A stretch of DNA of 64,000 nt from Candidatus Nitrospinota bacterium M3_3B_026. Lineage in GTDB: Bacteria; Nitrospinota_A; UBA7883; JBPRGF01. Location of the stretch: NCBI GenBank assembly GCA_051418015.1, contig JBPRGF010000029.1, positions 145,691-209,690 of the forward strand. Direction: 5' to 3'. Both the position numbers and the translations under genes were made by a program. This document shows, one piece after another, positions 50,456 through 60,260 of this stretch (positions within the stretch are counted from its first letter, which is position 1; every line of letters starts with the position of its first letter). Under the pieces are notes generated by a model. The model made no database searches, was not told the origin of the DNA, and saw only the letters and a list, made by a program, of their open reading frames with translations.

Positions 50456-53317
50456 ATGCCCCAGGCCGAAAGCGCCGGAACCGAGACGAAGTACAGCACC
50501 TGCTACATGTGCGCCTGCCGCTGCGGGATAAAAGTGACCCTGGAGAACGGCAAAATAAGATACATCCAGGGCAACCCTTCCCACCCGACCAACAAGGGTG
50601 TCCTGTGCGCCAAGGGCTCCGCGGGGGTGATGAAGCAGACGAGCCCGGCGCGGATAACGAAACCGCTGCTCCGCAAGGAGAGCGCCGAGCGGGGCGAGGC
50701 GGATTTCGAGGAAATCTCATGGGAGCGCGCCTACGACATCCTGACCGAGCGTCTCAAAAAGATACGCGAGACCGACCCCCGCAAGCTGGCCTTCTTCACC
50801 GGGCGCGACCAGATGCAGGCGCTGACCAGCTATTGGGCCAAGCAGTTCGGCACGCCCAACTTCGCCGCCCACGGCGGGTTCTGCTCGGTGAACATGGCCA
50901 CGGGGATGATCTACTCCGTCGGCGGGACAAGCTGGGAGTTCGGCGGGCCGGACTGGGACAGGACGAAGTACGTGATCCTGTTCGGCGTGGCCGAGGATCA
51001 CGATTCGAACCCCTTCAAGATAGGCATATCCAAGCTCAAGGACAACGGCGGCAAACTGGTGGCGGTCAACCCCGTCCGCTCAGGCTACGGCGCCGTGGCG
51101 GACGAGTGGATACCCATAAAGCCGGGGACCGACGGGGCGCTCATCATGGGGATGATCCACGTCCTGATAAAAAACGGCCTTTTCGACCGCGAATTTTTGG
51201 TGACGAGGACGAACGCTCCGCAGCTTGTCGTCATGGACGAGGGCGGCGAGGACGAGGGGCTTTTCTGGCAGGCGGAAAAGTTCGAGGACAGCGACTACAG
51301 CGAAAACTACGTCTGGGACCTTAACACGAACTCCCCGAAACCCTTCGGCGAAAAGGGCGTAAAGCCCGCCCTGGTCGGCTCGTTCAAGACGCCCGGCGGC
51401 AAGACCGTCAAAACCAGCTTCCAGCTTTTGACGGAGCGGGCGCTTTCCGACTATCCGCTGGAGAAGGTGTCGCTTGTCACCGGCGTTCCCGTGGAGAGGA
51501 TAGAGCGGCTGGCGCTGGAGATCGGGATCACCGCCCGGGACGAGCACGTCACGCTCCCCATAGAGTGGACCGACTGCTGGGGGAACCATCACAAGACCGT
51601 CACGGGAAACCCCGTGGCCATCCACGGGATGCGCGGCCTGGCGGCCCACTCCAACGGATTCCAGACCGTTCGGGCGTTGTCGGCGCTGATGATGATGCTG
51701 GGGATAATCGACAGACCCGGGGGCTTCCGCCACAAGCCGCCCTTCCCGCGGCCGATCCCGCCATGCCCCAAGCCGATCGACGACCCGTCATTGATCCAGC
51801 CGAACACGCCGTTGCCGAACCCGGAGCTTGGGTTTCCCACCAAGCCTGAGAACCTGCTGGTAAACGAGGACGGCTCGCCCGTCAGGATCGACAAGGCTTA
51901 CAGCTGGGAGTTTCCCCTCACGGCCCACGGGATGATCCAGAACGTCATCACAAACGCCCATAACGCCGACCCTTACAAGATCGACACGCTGATCTTCTTC
52001 ATGGCCAACATGGCCTGGAACTCCACGATGAACACGAGCGGCGTCATCGAGATGCTCAAGGCCAAGGAGCCGGACGGGACGCATAAGATTCCCTTCATCG
52101 TAGTCTCGGACGCCTTCTACTCCGAGCAGGTGGCCTTCGCCGACCTTGTCCTGCCGGACACGACGTACCTCGAGCGCCACGACGTGATGTCCCTTCTCGA
52201 CAGGCCGATAAGCGAGTACACGTCGCTTGTGGACTCCATCCGCCAGCCGATATTGGAGCCGCCGGAGGGGTGCGAGCCGTTCCAGGAGACGCTCATAAAG
52301 CTCGCCAACAGGCTGAACCTGCCCGGCTTCTGCGACGGCGACGGCAGGCCGAGGTTCAAGGGCTATAAAGACTTCGTGACCAACTGGACCGTGGCGCCGG
52401 ACACGCCGATAGGCTTTCTGGCGGGCTGGCGCGGCGAGGAGGGGACGGACCATATCGTCGGCGAGCCGAACCAGAGCCAGTGGGACATGTACATAAAGAA
52501 CGGGTGTTTTTTCCAGTTCGAGCTGGAGGAGTCGCTCCAGTACAACCGAAACATCAACCAGGGCTACCTGAACTGGGCGATGGACCACAAGCTGATCCGG
52601 CGCAACGACCCGATCATCATGAAGATATATTCCGAGGTGATGCAGCGGTTCCGCCTGGCCGCCAAGGGGACGAGAGAGGGCAAAAAACCCGCCACGGGGC
52701 TCCAGCGCGAGCGGATTCTGAAATATTTCGACCCGGTTCCCTTCTGGTATCCGCCGCTCGAGGATGACGTCGTGGACGGCGGCAGGTACACCATCCACGC
52801 CATCACCCAGCGGCCGATGCCGCATTATCACTCCTGGGACTCGCAGAACGCATGGCTGCGGCAGATCATCGGCCAGAACTATCTTTATATGAACCCGTTG
52901 AAGGCGCGCGAGCTTGGGATAGGCGACCTCGACTGGGTCTGGGTGGAGAGCGCCCACGGCAAGATCCGCGTACAGGCCAAATACTCCCACGCCGTCCAGC
53001 CGGACACTGTCTGGACCTGGAACGGCATCGGCAAGATGGCAGGCGCCTGGAACCTCGACCCGAAAGCCCACGAGGCCACGAAGGGTTTTCTGCTGAACCA
53101 CCTGATAGCCGAGGAGATAGACGACGGCGCGGGGGGTAAAGTGTCGAACTCCGACCCGATCACCGGCCAGGCGGGGTGGTATGACCTGAAGGTGAGGATA
53201 TGGAAGGCGGACGAGGAGGGGGCCTGGCCCGAGTTCGGGCCGTTGAAGCCTCTGCCGAGCATGGCCAAAAGGCCCCATCTGCTGCGCTACACGTCCAGGG
53301 AAGAGGGCGGGAAATGA
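50456..53317 (+). CDS. soeA: Cytoplasmic molybdopterin sulfite dehydrogenase, catalytic subunit
   Basis: TCYMCACRCGI, FFTGRDQMQA, FGTPNFAAHGGFCSVNMA, MRG..AHSNGFQT, TQRPM..YHSWDSQNAWLRQI, SDPITGQAGWYD; no Tat signal. Confidence 0.9.
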   Translation: MPQAESAGTETKYSTCYMCACRCGIKVTLENGKIRYIQGNPSHPTNKGVLCAKGSAGVMKQTSPARITKPLLRKESAERGEADFEEISWERAYDILTERLKKIRETDPRKLAFFTGRDQMQALTSYWAKQFGTPNFAAHGGFCSVNMATGMIYSVGGTSWEFGGPDWDRTKYVILFGVAEDHDSNPFKIGISKLKDNGGKLVAVNPVRSGYGAVADEWIPIKPGTDGALIMGMIHVLIKNGLFDREFLVTRTNAPQLVVMDEGGEDEGLFWQAEKFEDSDYSENYVWDLNTNSPKPFGEKGVKPALVGSFKTPGGKTVKTSFQLLTERALSDYPLEKVSLVTGVPVERIERLALEIGITARDEHVTLPIEWTDCWGNHHKTVTGNPVAIHGMRGLAAHSNGFQTVRALSALMMMLGIIDRPGGFRHKPPFPRPIPPCPKPIDDPSLIQPNTPLPNPELGFPTKPENLLVNEDGSPVRIDKAYSWEFPLTAHGMIQNVITNAHNADPYKIDTLIFFMANMAWNSTMNTSGVIEMLKAKEPDGTHKIPFIVVSDAFYSEQVAFADLVLPDTTYLERHDVMSLLDRPISEYTSLVDSIRQPILEPPEGCEPFQETLIKLANRLNLPGFCDGDGRPRFKGYKDFVTNWTVAPDTPIGFLAGWRGEEGTDHIVGEPNQSQWDMYIKNGCFFQFELEESLQYNRNINQGYLNWAMDHKLIRRNDPIIMKIYSEVMQRFRLAAKGTREGKKPATGLQRERILKYFDPVPFWYPPLEDDVVDGGRYTIHAITQRPMPHYHSWDSQNAWLRQIIGQNYLYMNPLKARELGIGDLDWVWVESAHGKIRVQAKYSHAVQPDTVWTWNGIGKMAGAWNLDPKAHEATKGFLLNHLIAEEIDDGAGGKVSNSDPITGQAGWYDLKVRIWKADEEGAWPEFGPLKPLPSMAKRPHLLRYTSREEGGK

Positions 53318-54051
53318 CTCAAAAACAGCTCGCGCTGGTCATCGACCTGAACAAGTGCGTCGGCTGCCACGCATGCGCCGTCAACTGCAAGTCGTGGAAC
53401 ACCTCCGGCCAGTTCGGCCCGCTCACCGACGCCGAGCCTTACGGTCAGAGGCCGGAGGGGGTCTGGTTCAACAGGGTGCAGACATACGAGGTTGGCGTTT
53501 TCCCGGACGTGGAGGTGGTCCATTTCCCCAAGTCGTGCATGCATTGCGCCGACGCGCCCTGCGTGGGCGTCTGCCCCACGGGCGCCTCGCATAAACGGGC
53601 CGAGGACGGGATAGTGCTGGTCAACTACGACGACTGCATCGGGTGCAAGTACTGCTCCTGGGCCTGCCCCTACGGCTGCCGTGAGTTCGACGAGGCTGAC
53701 GGCGTGATGAAAAAGTGCACCCTGTGCGTCGACAGGATATACGACGAGAGCCTGCCCGAGGAGGAGAGAAAACCGGCCTGCGTCCTCTCCTGCCCCTCGA
53801 ACGCGAGGGTTTTCGGCGACATAAACGACCCCGCCTCCGAGGCCTACAGGGCCATAAGCGAAGGCGCGGGATACAAGCTTATGCCGGAGTCCGGCGCGAA
53901 CCCGTCGAACCACTACCTGCCGAGGCGCAAGGCGCGGGTGGAAGTCGACTACGACAAGATAACCGTCGTCCGCCACGAGGCGATCAAAGCCGTCCGAAAG
54001 AGCGTCGACGTCGAGGAAGTGGTCATAGAAGACCTCGGTATAGGCGGGTGA
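53314..54051 (+). CDS. soeB: 4Fe-4S subunit of SoeABC
   Basis: CVGCHACAVNC, CMHC..APCV.VCP, CIGCKYCSWACPY, CTLC...CVLSCP; ATGA overlap with soeA. Confidence 0.9.
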   Translation: MTQKQLALVIDLNKCVGCHACAVNCKSWNTSGQFGPLTDAEPYGQRPEGVWFNRVQTYEVGVFPDVEVVHFPKSCMHCADAPCVGVCPTGASHKRAEDGIVLVNYDDCIGCKYCSWACPYGCREFDEADGVMKKCTLCVDRIYDESLPEEERKPACVLSCPSNARVFGDINDPASEAYRAISEGAGYKLMPESGANPSNHYLPRRKARVEVDYDKITVVRHEAIKAVRKSVDVEEVVIEDLGIGG

Positions 54052-54065
54052 GGATTTTTTAAGAT

Positions 54066-55088
54066 ATGCGGCCTGAGTTTTCGATAATCTTTCTGACCAC
54101 GCTGGCGGGCGCGGGACAGGGGCTCTTTGTGTTTCTGGTGGGGGCGGATTTCAAGAGCGTGATGAACGGCGCGCCGCTTCCGGGATGGCTCCTTGCGGCC
54201 GGGGCGGCGGTGTCGCTCGCCCTGGCGGCGCTTGGGACGCTGGCGTCCTTTTTCCACCTTTCACACAAGATGAGGGGCGTAAAAGCCATCCGCCAGTGGA
54301 AAAGCTCGTGGCTGTCGCGTGAGGTGATCCTGCTGCCCGCGTTCCAGGGGCTCGTTGCGTTGTATGCCCTGGCCGCCCTCGCCGGCGCGCCGGACGGGCT
54401 GCGCCTGACGATTGGCGCGGCGGGGGTGGCGGCGGCTTTCGCCCTATTTCTATCCTCCGGGATGATCTACGCGGCCGTCCGCTTCATCCGCGAGTGGAGC
54501 ACGGCCTACACCCCGATAAACTTCACGCTGACAGGTCTGTCCGCCGGGGCGATGGCGGCGGTGGCCGTCTTCGAGATCGGCGGCGCGGAGCCTTCGGCCA
54601 CGCTCGGCCTTCTGCGCGCGGCGTTTTTCGTGACGGCGCTGGGGGCGGTCATGAAATTTCTGGCGTACCGGCGGGAGGGGCGGCTCTATTCGCCGTCGAG
54701 CGTCCAGACCGCGCTTGGGATCAACCATCCCGAGGTACGACTGATAGACTTCGGGGCGAGCTACGGGCATTACAACACGAAAGAGTACAACCACACGAAG
54801 CTCGCCCAACGGCGCGCCGCCATGAAGAACGCGGTGATGCTCGGCCTGTTCGCCGTCCCGCTGGTCATGATGATGTTCGACTACTATCCGCTGCTGAAGG
54901 GCGGGGGCGGCTCGCTCGGCGTCTACATCGCGGCCGTGATGATCCTCTTTTCCATGCTGGAGCGTTGGCTCTTCTTCGCCGAGGGGAACCACGTCCAGAA
55001 CCTCTACTACGGCGCCTTCAGGGACAAGGGGGCGAAAAACCCGCTCCTTGAGCCCGGCAAGGCCTCCGCGCCGCTCCCCCCGCGCTAG
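54066..55088 (+). CDS. soeC: DmsC/NrfD-type membrane anchor of SoeABC
   Basis: MRP.FSII..TTL.GAGQG, SFFHL, SWLSRE, ERWLFFAE..H.QNLYY. Confidence 0.88.
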   Translation: MRPEFSIIFLTTLAGAGQGLFVFLVGADFKSVMNGAPLPGWLLAAGAAVSLALAALGTLASFFHLSHKMRGVKAIRQWKSSWLSREVILLPAFQGLVALYALAALAGAPDGLRLTIGAAGVAAAFALFLSSGMIYAAVRFIREWSTAYTPINFTLTGLSAGAMAAVAVFEIGGAEPSATLGLLRAAFFVTALGAVMKFLAYRREGRLYSPSSVQTALGINHPEVRLIDFGASYGHYNTKEYNHTKLAQRRAAMKNAVMLGLFAVPLVMMMFDYYPLLKGGGGSLGVYIAAVMILFSMLERWLFFAEGNHVQNLYYGAFRDKGAKNPLLEPGKASAPLPPR

Positions 55089-55169
55089 GAGCCTCGATGG
55101 TGTTATCAATGGCGAGACCGCTTTCTTCCGCCCTCCCTCGCCCAGCCTGATAAAATAAAAAATTCAATC

Positions 55170-55436
55170 ATGGCGGAACGGGAAACAAAAAAATCCTTCT
55201 GGATGCTCGTCGCCCTTGGCGCGGCCGGGGCTGTGACGGTGGCGGTCATGTATATGATGGGTCTGCGCGCCCTGGACATGTCCGAGAACGCGAAAACCCT
55301 GAACAAGCTCCTTCGGGCGCGCACGCTGGCCTGCGCCGAAGGGGGCGACCCGGCCCAGTGCGAGAAGGCCGCCATGGCGCTGGAAGAGTTCACAAGAGAG
55401 CACGAAGGAAAACAGGCCACCCCCCCTCGCCCCTGA
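55170..55436 (+). CDS. Small hypothetical membrane protein
   Basis: One transmembrane segment and a Cys pair (CAEGGDPAQC). Confidence 0.5.
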   Translation: MAERETKKSFWMLVALGAAGAVTVAVMYMMGLRALDMSENAKTLNKLLRARTLACAEGGDPAQCEKAAMALEEFTREHEGKQATPPRP

Positions 55437-55526
55437 CAGGCCGCGGGAGGCCGTCAAGGCAAGGCGCCGTGACAACTTTTCGCGCGGCGGGCTGTTCATG
55501 CATTTGTTCCCGGCGCCGGCAAAATT

Positions 55527-55874
55527 TTAACGTGAGCCGGATTTGTTCGCGCAGGCGACGCACATGAAGGCAGCCGGGTCGATCTCCAGCCGTTCCGGCG
55601 TGATTTCCTCCTCGCATCGAACACAATATCCATAATCACCGGTCTCCACCCGCCTGATCGCGGCGTCGATGGCTCGCAGCCTCGCTTCCCTGCGCCGTTT
55701 CGCCTCGGCGCTTACGGCCTGCGCCTGCAACGCATCCATCCGGGAAAGCCTGCCGAACAGCGTCTGATCAAGCTCCACCGTTTCGGCCGCCTTGTTTCCG
55801 GCGCCTGCGATGGTCAGGATTTTTTCACGCTCATCGAAGAGGCGTTTTTTGATCTTTTCCATGTCAAGGCTCAT
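55527..55874 (-). CDS. TraR/DksA-family C4 zinc-finger protein
   Basis: ELDQ...GRLSRMDALQ coiled coil; YGYCVRC...RL...P....CVAC. Confidence 0.88.
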   Translation of the reverse strand: MSLDMEKIKKRLFDEREKILTIAGAGNKAAETVELDQTLFGRLSRMDALQAQAVSAEAKRRREARLRAIDAAIRRVETGDYGYCVRCEEEITPERLEIDPAAFMCVACANKSGSR

Positions 55875-55983
55875 GGATTCACTATAACCCGCCGCCGCGC
55901 GCAATGCGACACGGCTCCCCGGAAAATCAATCGGCGGTTGAAACCGGGATCGCAGCCTCCCGGCCTTGGCGTCTTCGAGTTGG

Positions 55984-56081
55984 AACCGCCTGCTCCCGCA
56001 CTTCCGGTGAATATCTCGTGGATTTCTTCATAACCCTATCCTCTCAAATAATGGAGTCTCCGGGAATACCGGAGCGGTTCA
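55984..56081 (-). mobile_element. Left end and orfA start of an IS3-family element (remnant)
   Basis: Minus strand begins TGAACCGCTCCGGTATTCCCGGAGACT (IS629/IS51-like end), then an RBS and ATG 56031 encoding MKKSTRYSPEVREQAV, after which similarity stops. Confidence 0.75.
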
Positions 56082-56228
56082 GTATGCGCTAATCGATCCA
56101 GATTGAGGCGCGATCGCTATCCGGTTCAGACCAGTGACTTGGATCCCCCTAATGAAAATGTCCAGCTTTCAGGCTTCGATAATCCCGGAAAAGAAAATTT
56201 CCGGCTACCTGTTATCGACGACTCATCG

Positions 56229-56609
56229 TCCGGGAAACCGTCGGGAGTTCTGATGACCGCGAAATGCCGACAGGTCCTGTTGGATCTGCGCGGCGAAAGG
56301 GAGCGAATGGCCGTCGCGCCGGCCTCTGACCACGTCTTCATCAAGCCGGACGGGACGAGGCGGAAACCCAACAACGTCAGCAGAGCCTTCCGCAAGGTAT
56401 GCGTGCTGGCGGGCATCGAGGACTTCCGTTTTCATGACCTGCGTCATGAACTCGGGACCAGGCTCCACAAGGCGGGTGTCCCCCTCGCGGACATCAAGGA
56501 TTGGATGGGGCACAGCGACATCGCGATGACGCTACGCTACGCCCACCAGGCGGGCGACACCGCTCTTCGCGAAGCCGCAAGGAAGCTGGAACAGGTGAGA
56601 GACAGGTAG
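56229..56609 (+). pseudogene. C-terminal fragment of a tyrosine recombinase/integrase
   Basis: FRFHDLRH...[14 protein letters not shown] catalytic motifs; the N-terminal domain and first catalytic Arg are absent; it abuts the tRNA 3' end. Confidence 0.85.
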
Positions 56610-56666
56610 CAAATTGGCAGCAAATGGGGATTTTGGGCTGGCCGCAAAGCTCCAACCCATTGAAAA

Positions 56667-56745
<79 letters not shown>

Positions 56746-56769
56746 TTTCAGAAAGGCTCTGAATGTTAA

Positions 56770-56799
56770 ATATTACCGAATCGGCGGCGGGTCTGGCAA
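56770..56799 (-). promoter_or_regulatory. Putative sigma70 promoter of tRNA-Pro
   Basis: Minus strand TTGCCA-N18-TAATAT, about 25 nt upstream of the tRNA. Confidence 0.5.
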
Positions 56800-56885
56800 G
56801 ATATTAGACAAACCCATCGCGGGCCGGTGTCCGCCGGGGGCTTCACGGGCTCGCCGAAAAGAACCGGCGTTTTGGAGACTCCACC

Positions 56886-57116
56886 ATGAGAAAAATTGTA
56901 TCAGTCATCGCCCCGGCGCTCGCGGCGCTGCTCTTTCTGTCCTGCTCCGGGCCCGATGAGCCGCAGGAAAAGGAACTTACCACCAAGGAGCGGGCGGAAA
57001 GAGTGGGCAAGTTCAGCGACAAGGTGATGACAAAGGGGCTGGAGGAAAAGCTCCCGGACATAGTAGAGAAGGCCGAGGAGAGGGCCGGAAAGCTCGACGA
57101 AGCGGCGGGCCGCTGA
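56886..57116 (+). CDS. Small lipoprotein
   Basis: [20 protein letters not shown] lipobox; GGAGA RBS. Confidence 0.7.
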   Translation: MRKIVSVIAPALAALLFLSCSGPDEPQEKELTTKERAERVGKFSDKVMTKGLEEKLPDIVEKAEERAGKLDEAAGR

Positions 57117-57135
57117 GCCCGAGGATAGGCGCGCC

Positions 57136-58344
57136 TCAGGGCGACTCCGGCTTGGTATCCATCCCCTTTCCGCCGCCCCGCGCCCACGGGAGACCGGACA
57201 CGCTGACACGCCATATCAGCGCCGCCATCAACGCCCCGGCGTATCCGTCCACGGCGTAGTGCCACTGCAGGAACACGGACCCGATGAAAACTATGGCCGT
57301 GTATATAGCGCCGAGAGCCCCGAGGATGGGGCTGACCATGAAAAAGAAGATCATTATGAGGGTGACGGCGGCGACGTGCAGGCTCGGCATGGCGGCTATC
57401 CCGTAGAACATCCCCGGCAGGCTTTCTCCGGCAAGAAATTTTTTTCTGCTCTCCCACAGCCTTTCCTGGTACGTCTTCGCTATCCATATTCTGCTTTCGA
57501 CGTAGGATCTGGCGTAGTCCCGGGGGATGTCCATGTCCACGGGAAACTGGAACATATGCACCCGGTGTTCTTTCGGCGTCGAGTATTGGGCGAGGATAGC
57601 GTAGCACGGCCCGTCGGCCGGCGCCGCGATGTACCCCAGCCCCCCAGCGGCCCAAAGCAGGGCGTAAGCCAGGAAGTATTTCTCCGCCAGCCTGCGGCCC
57701 TTTATCTCCAGCAGGAAGACCATGGAGGCGAGGAGGGTGTACGTGAAGTACTTGAAGTAGAGCCAATCGAGCGCCACAGCCACGGCCTTGTCCTGGCCGA
57801 AGCTTTCCATCAGGTAGATGTTCGGCTGGACGCCGAGGTGAAGCCACCGGTCGAGGTTCCAGAAAAAGAGGTCGTAGTTGGCCTTGTTGATGAGCAGGAT
57901 GACGCTTTTCAGGTGGAGGAAAAAATATATCACCCCAAGTATCGCCACACATCTTCTGAACGTCAGGAGGGCGAAGTCGAGCGTCCAGTAGGGCTGGATC
58001 AGCCCCATGATGGTCTCTTTTTCCTTCAGGGACTCGCGCCCGTGGCGCAGGCCGTGGCGCAGCGCTCTGTAGCCCACCACCGGGACGGACAGCGCCATCA
58101 CGAGGCCCGTCCATTGCGCGGCCTTGGAAAGGAAAACGAGGCCCAGCCCGGTGGAGAAGGGAAGCGGCGTCCCACTGGTCAGGACGACGGTTATTAATCC
58201 GAAAAGCCAGAAAACCAGCTCGTACCCGCGCGGGGCAAGATTTACCTTCCACAGGTCGGACCATCGCGCCGCCGGGGCGTCTGCTTGCCGCTTCACGAGC
58301 CCGGATGAGAATCCCTGGATCGCGTCGCCGTTCATGGGGGACAT
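57136..58344 (-). CDS. PAP2-superfamily membrane protein (AUR1/IPC-synthase-like)
   Basis: Multiple transmembrane helices; P..GP, AAMPSLH and WHYAVD motifs. Confidence 0.8.
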   Translation of the reverse strand: MSPMNGDAIQGFSSGLVKRQADAPAARWSDLWKVNLAPRGYELVFWLFGLITVVLTSGTPLPFSTGLGLVFLSKAAQWTGLVMALSVPVVGYRALRHGLRHGRESLKEKETIMGLIQPYWTLDFALLTFRRCVAILGVIYFFLHLKSVILLINKANYDLFFWNLDRWLHLGVQPNIYLMESFGQDKAVAVALDWLYFKYFTYTLLASMVFLLEIKGRRLAEKYFLAYALLWAAGGLGYIAAPADGPCYAILAQYSTPKEHRVHMFQFPVDMDIPRDYARSYVESRIWIAKTYQERLWESRKKFLAGESLPGMFYGIAAMPSLHVAAVTLIMIFFFMVSPILGALGAIYTAIVFIGSVFLQWHYAVDGYAGALMAALIWRVSVSGLPWARGGGKGMDTKPESP

Positions 58345-58478
58345 TTTGTATAGATTATACTCCAGCGCGCGGCTCAGGCGAAGACGCGGGCCGGGGCTTG
58401 TGTTTGACCGGGGCGGTCCGGCGCCTTAAAATTCCCTGATCGTCAGATAAAGAAACAACGCCGGAGGCTCCAAGAATA

Positions 58479-59726
58479 ATGACCATGACCGCGGAAGAAA
58501 GCTATATACAGAACACCTTCGCCGAGAGAATAGGCGGCGCCCGGTTCGGCAAGGACACGACGATATACAAGTTCGAGAAGATCAAGCGCGCCAAGAAGGC
58601 CGCCATGGCCGCCCATCCCGGCGTGGAGCTTATCGACATGGGCGTCGGCGAGCCGGACGAGATGGCCTTCCCGGAGGTGGTGAAGACTCTCCAGCACGAG
58701 TGCGCCAAACCGGAGAACCGCGGCTACGCGGACAACGGCATACAGGAGTTCAAGGACGCCGCGGCGCAATACCTGGACCGCGTCTTCGGGGTGAAGGGGA
58801 TAGACCCCGGCGCCGAGGTGAACCACGCCATAGGCTCGAAGCCCGCCCTGGCCATGTTCCCCCTGGCCTTCATAAATCCCGGCGACGCAACGGCCGCCAC
58901 CGTCCCCGGCTACCCCGTCACCTCGACGCACACGCGCTACCTTGGCGGAGAGGTGATATCGCTTCCCATCACCGAAAAGAACGGCTTTCTGCCCGGCCTT
59001 GATTCCATCCCGGAAGAGAAGAGGGAGCGACTCAAGCTGCTCTACATAAACTATCCGAACAACCCCACCGGCGCGGCGGCCACGCCGGAGTTCTACGACA
59101 GGGTCGTCCGCTTCGCCCACGACAACAGGGTCGTGGTGATACAGGACGCCGCCTACGCCGCGCTGACCTATGGCGGCAGGCCTCTCAGCTTTTTGTCCAT
59201 CGACGGGGCGAAGGACGTGGGGGTGGAGATACACTCCCTGTCCAAGGCGTTCAACATGACCGGCTGGCGGCTGGCCTTCGTGGCGGGAAACCGTCTGGTG
59301 GTCAACGCCTTCGCCACGATAAAGGACAACTGCGACTCGGGGCAGTTCGTCGCCATACAGAAGGCCGGGATAACGGCTCTTCAAAACCCCGGCATCACGG
59401 AGAAGATACGCGGCAAATACGAGCGCAGGCTCCGGTTGCTGGTCGATGCCCTGAACAAAGGCGGGTTCGACGCGAAGGTCCCCGACGGGACTTTTTATCT
59501 TTACGTGAAGGCGCCCAGGGCGGTCGAGGGCGGGCCGGAGTTTCCCACGGGGGAGGATTTCTCGCAGTGGCTGATAAAAGAGAAGCTTATCTCCACGGTG
59601 CCGTGGGATGACGCGGGGCGTTATATCCGTTTCTCGGTGACCTTCTCCGCGGCGGGGGAGGAAGACGAGCGGAGAGTGATGGACGAGATAGCGGCGCGGC
59701 TGACCGGCCTGAAGCTCGTCTTTTAG
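58479..59726 (+). CDS. dapL: LL-diaminopimelate aminotransferase
   Basis: IYKFEKIKRAK, DMGVGEPD, IGSK, NYPNNPTGA, DAAY, HSLSKAFNMTGWR. Confidence 0.88.
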   Translation: MTMTAEESYIQNTFAERIGGARFGKDTTIYKFEKIKRAKKAAMAAHPGVELIDMGVGEPDEMAFPEVVKTLQHECAKPENRGYADNGIQEFKDAAAQYLDRVFGVKGIDPGAEVNHAIGSKPALAMFPLAFINPGDATAATVPGYPVTSTHTRYLGGEVISLPITEKNGFLPGLDSIPEEKRERLKLLYINYPNNPTGAAATPEFYDRVVRFAHDNRVVVIQDAAYAALTYGGRPLSFLSIDGAKDVGVEIHSLSKAFNMTGWRLAFVAGNRLVVNAFATIKDNCDSGQFVAIQKAGITALQNPGITEKIRGKYERRLRLLVDALNKGGFDAKVPDGTFYLYVKAPRAVEGGPEFPTGEDFSQWLIKEKLISTVPWDDAGRYIRFSVTFSAAGEEDERRVMDEIAARLTGLKLVF

Positions 59727-59762
59727 GGGCCGGACCGGACGGACGCGCTGGAGGCGCCCTAG

Positions 59763-60260
59763 TTGACTTTGACATATCTTTCCCTCGGGTCGAACCTCGG
59801 GGACCGGGCGGAGAACATCAGAAAGGCCGTGGACGCGCTGAAGGATATCGACGGTGTGGAGTTTCGCGGCGTGAGCGGTCTTTACGAGACGGAGCCGCAG
59901 GGGCCTGTGGCCGATCAGCCGTGGTTTCTGAATACCGCCGCGGCGGTGGAATCTTCCCTCGGGCCGTGGGAGCTTCTGTGGGAGCTTCAAAAGATAGAAG
60001 ACGGCATGGGCCGCGAGCGTGGAGCGCCTGGAGGGCAGAGGATCATCGACATCGACATCGTTTTCTACGGCGACCTCGTCCTGTACACGAAGGACCTGAT
60101 GATCCCGCACCCGGAGGCGGCCCGGAGGCGGTTCGTCCTGCGCCCCATAGCCGATATCGACCCCGGCTTCGTCCACCCCGCGCTGGGAAGGACGGTGGCG
60201 GACCTGCTGGCGGAGCTTGAGGAGGAGGCCGGGCAGGACATAAGAGAGGCGGGGCAGTGA
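59763..60260 (+). CDS. folK: 2-amino-4-hydroxy-6-hydroxymethyldihydropteridine diphosphokinase
   Basis: YLSLGSNLGDR, YETEP, Q.WFLN, R.IDIDI, IPHP...R.FVL.P. Confidence 0.95.
   Translation: MTLTYLSLGSNLGDRAENIRKAVDALKDIDGVEFRGVSGLYETEPQGPVADQPWFLNTAAAVESSLGPWELLWELQKIEDGMGRERGAPGGQRIIDIDIVFYGDLVLYTKDLMIPHPEAARRRFVLRPIADIDPGFVHPALGRTVADLLAELEEEAGQDIREAGQ

Noticed and set aside
50456..53317. Nitrate reductase, nitrite oxidoreductase or DMSO reductase
   Set aside because: The sequence motifs, absence of a Tat signal and partner subunits fit SoeABC better.
56140..56170. Possible second IS end (TGGATCCCCCTAATGAAAATGTCC), sharing CTAATGAAAAT with 24042-24052
   Set aside because: The match is too short and no partner end or transposase is recognisable.
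56103..56609. Intact phage integrase or prophage
   Set aside because: Only the C-terminal catalytic part is present, the first ~40 codons look unrelated, and no phage genes are nearby.
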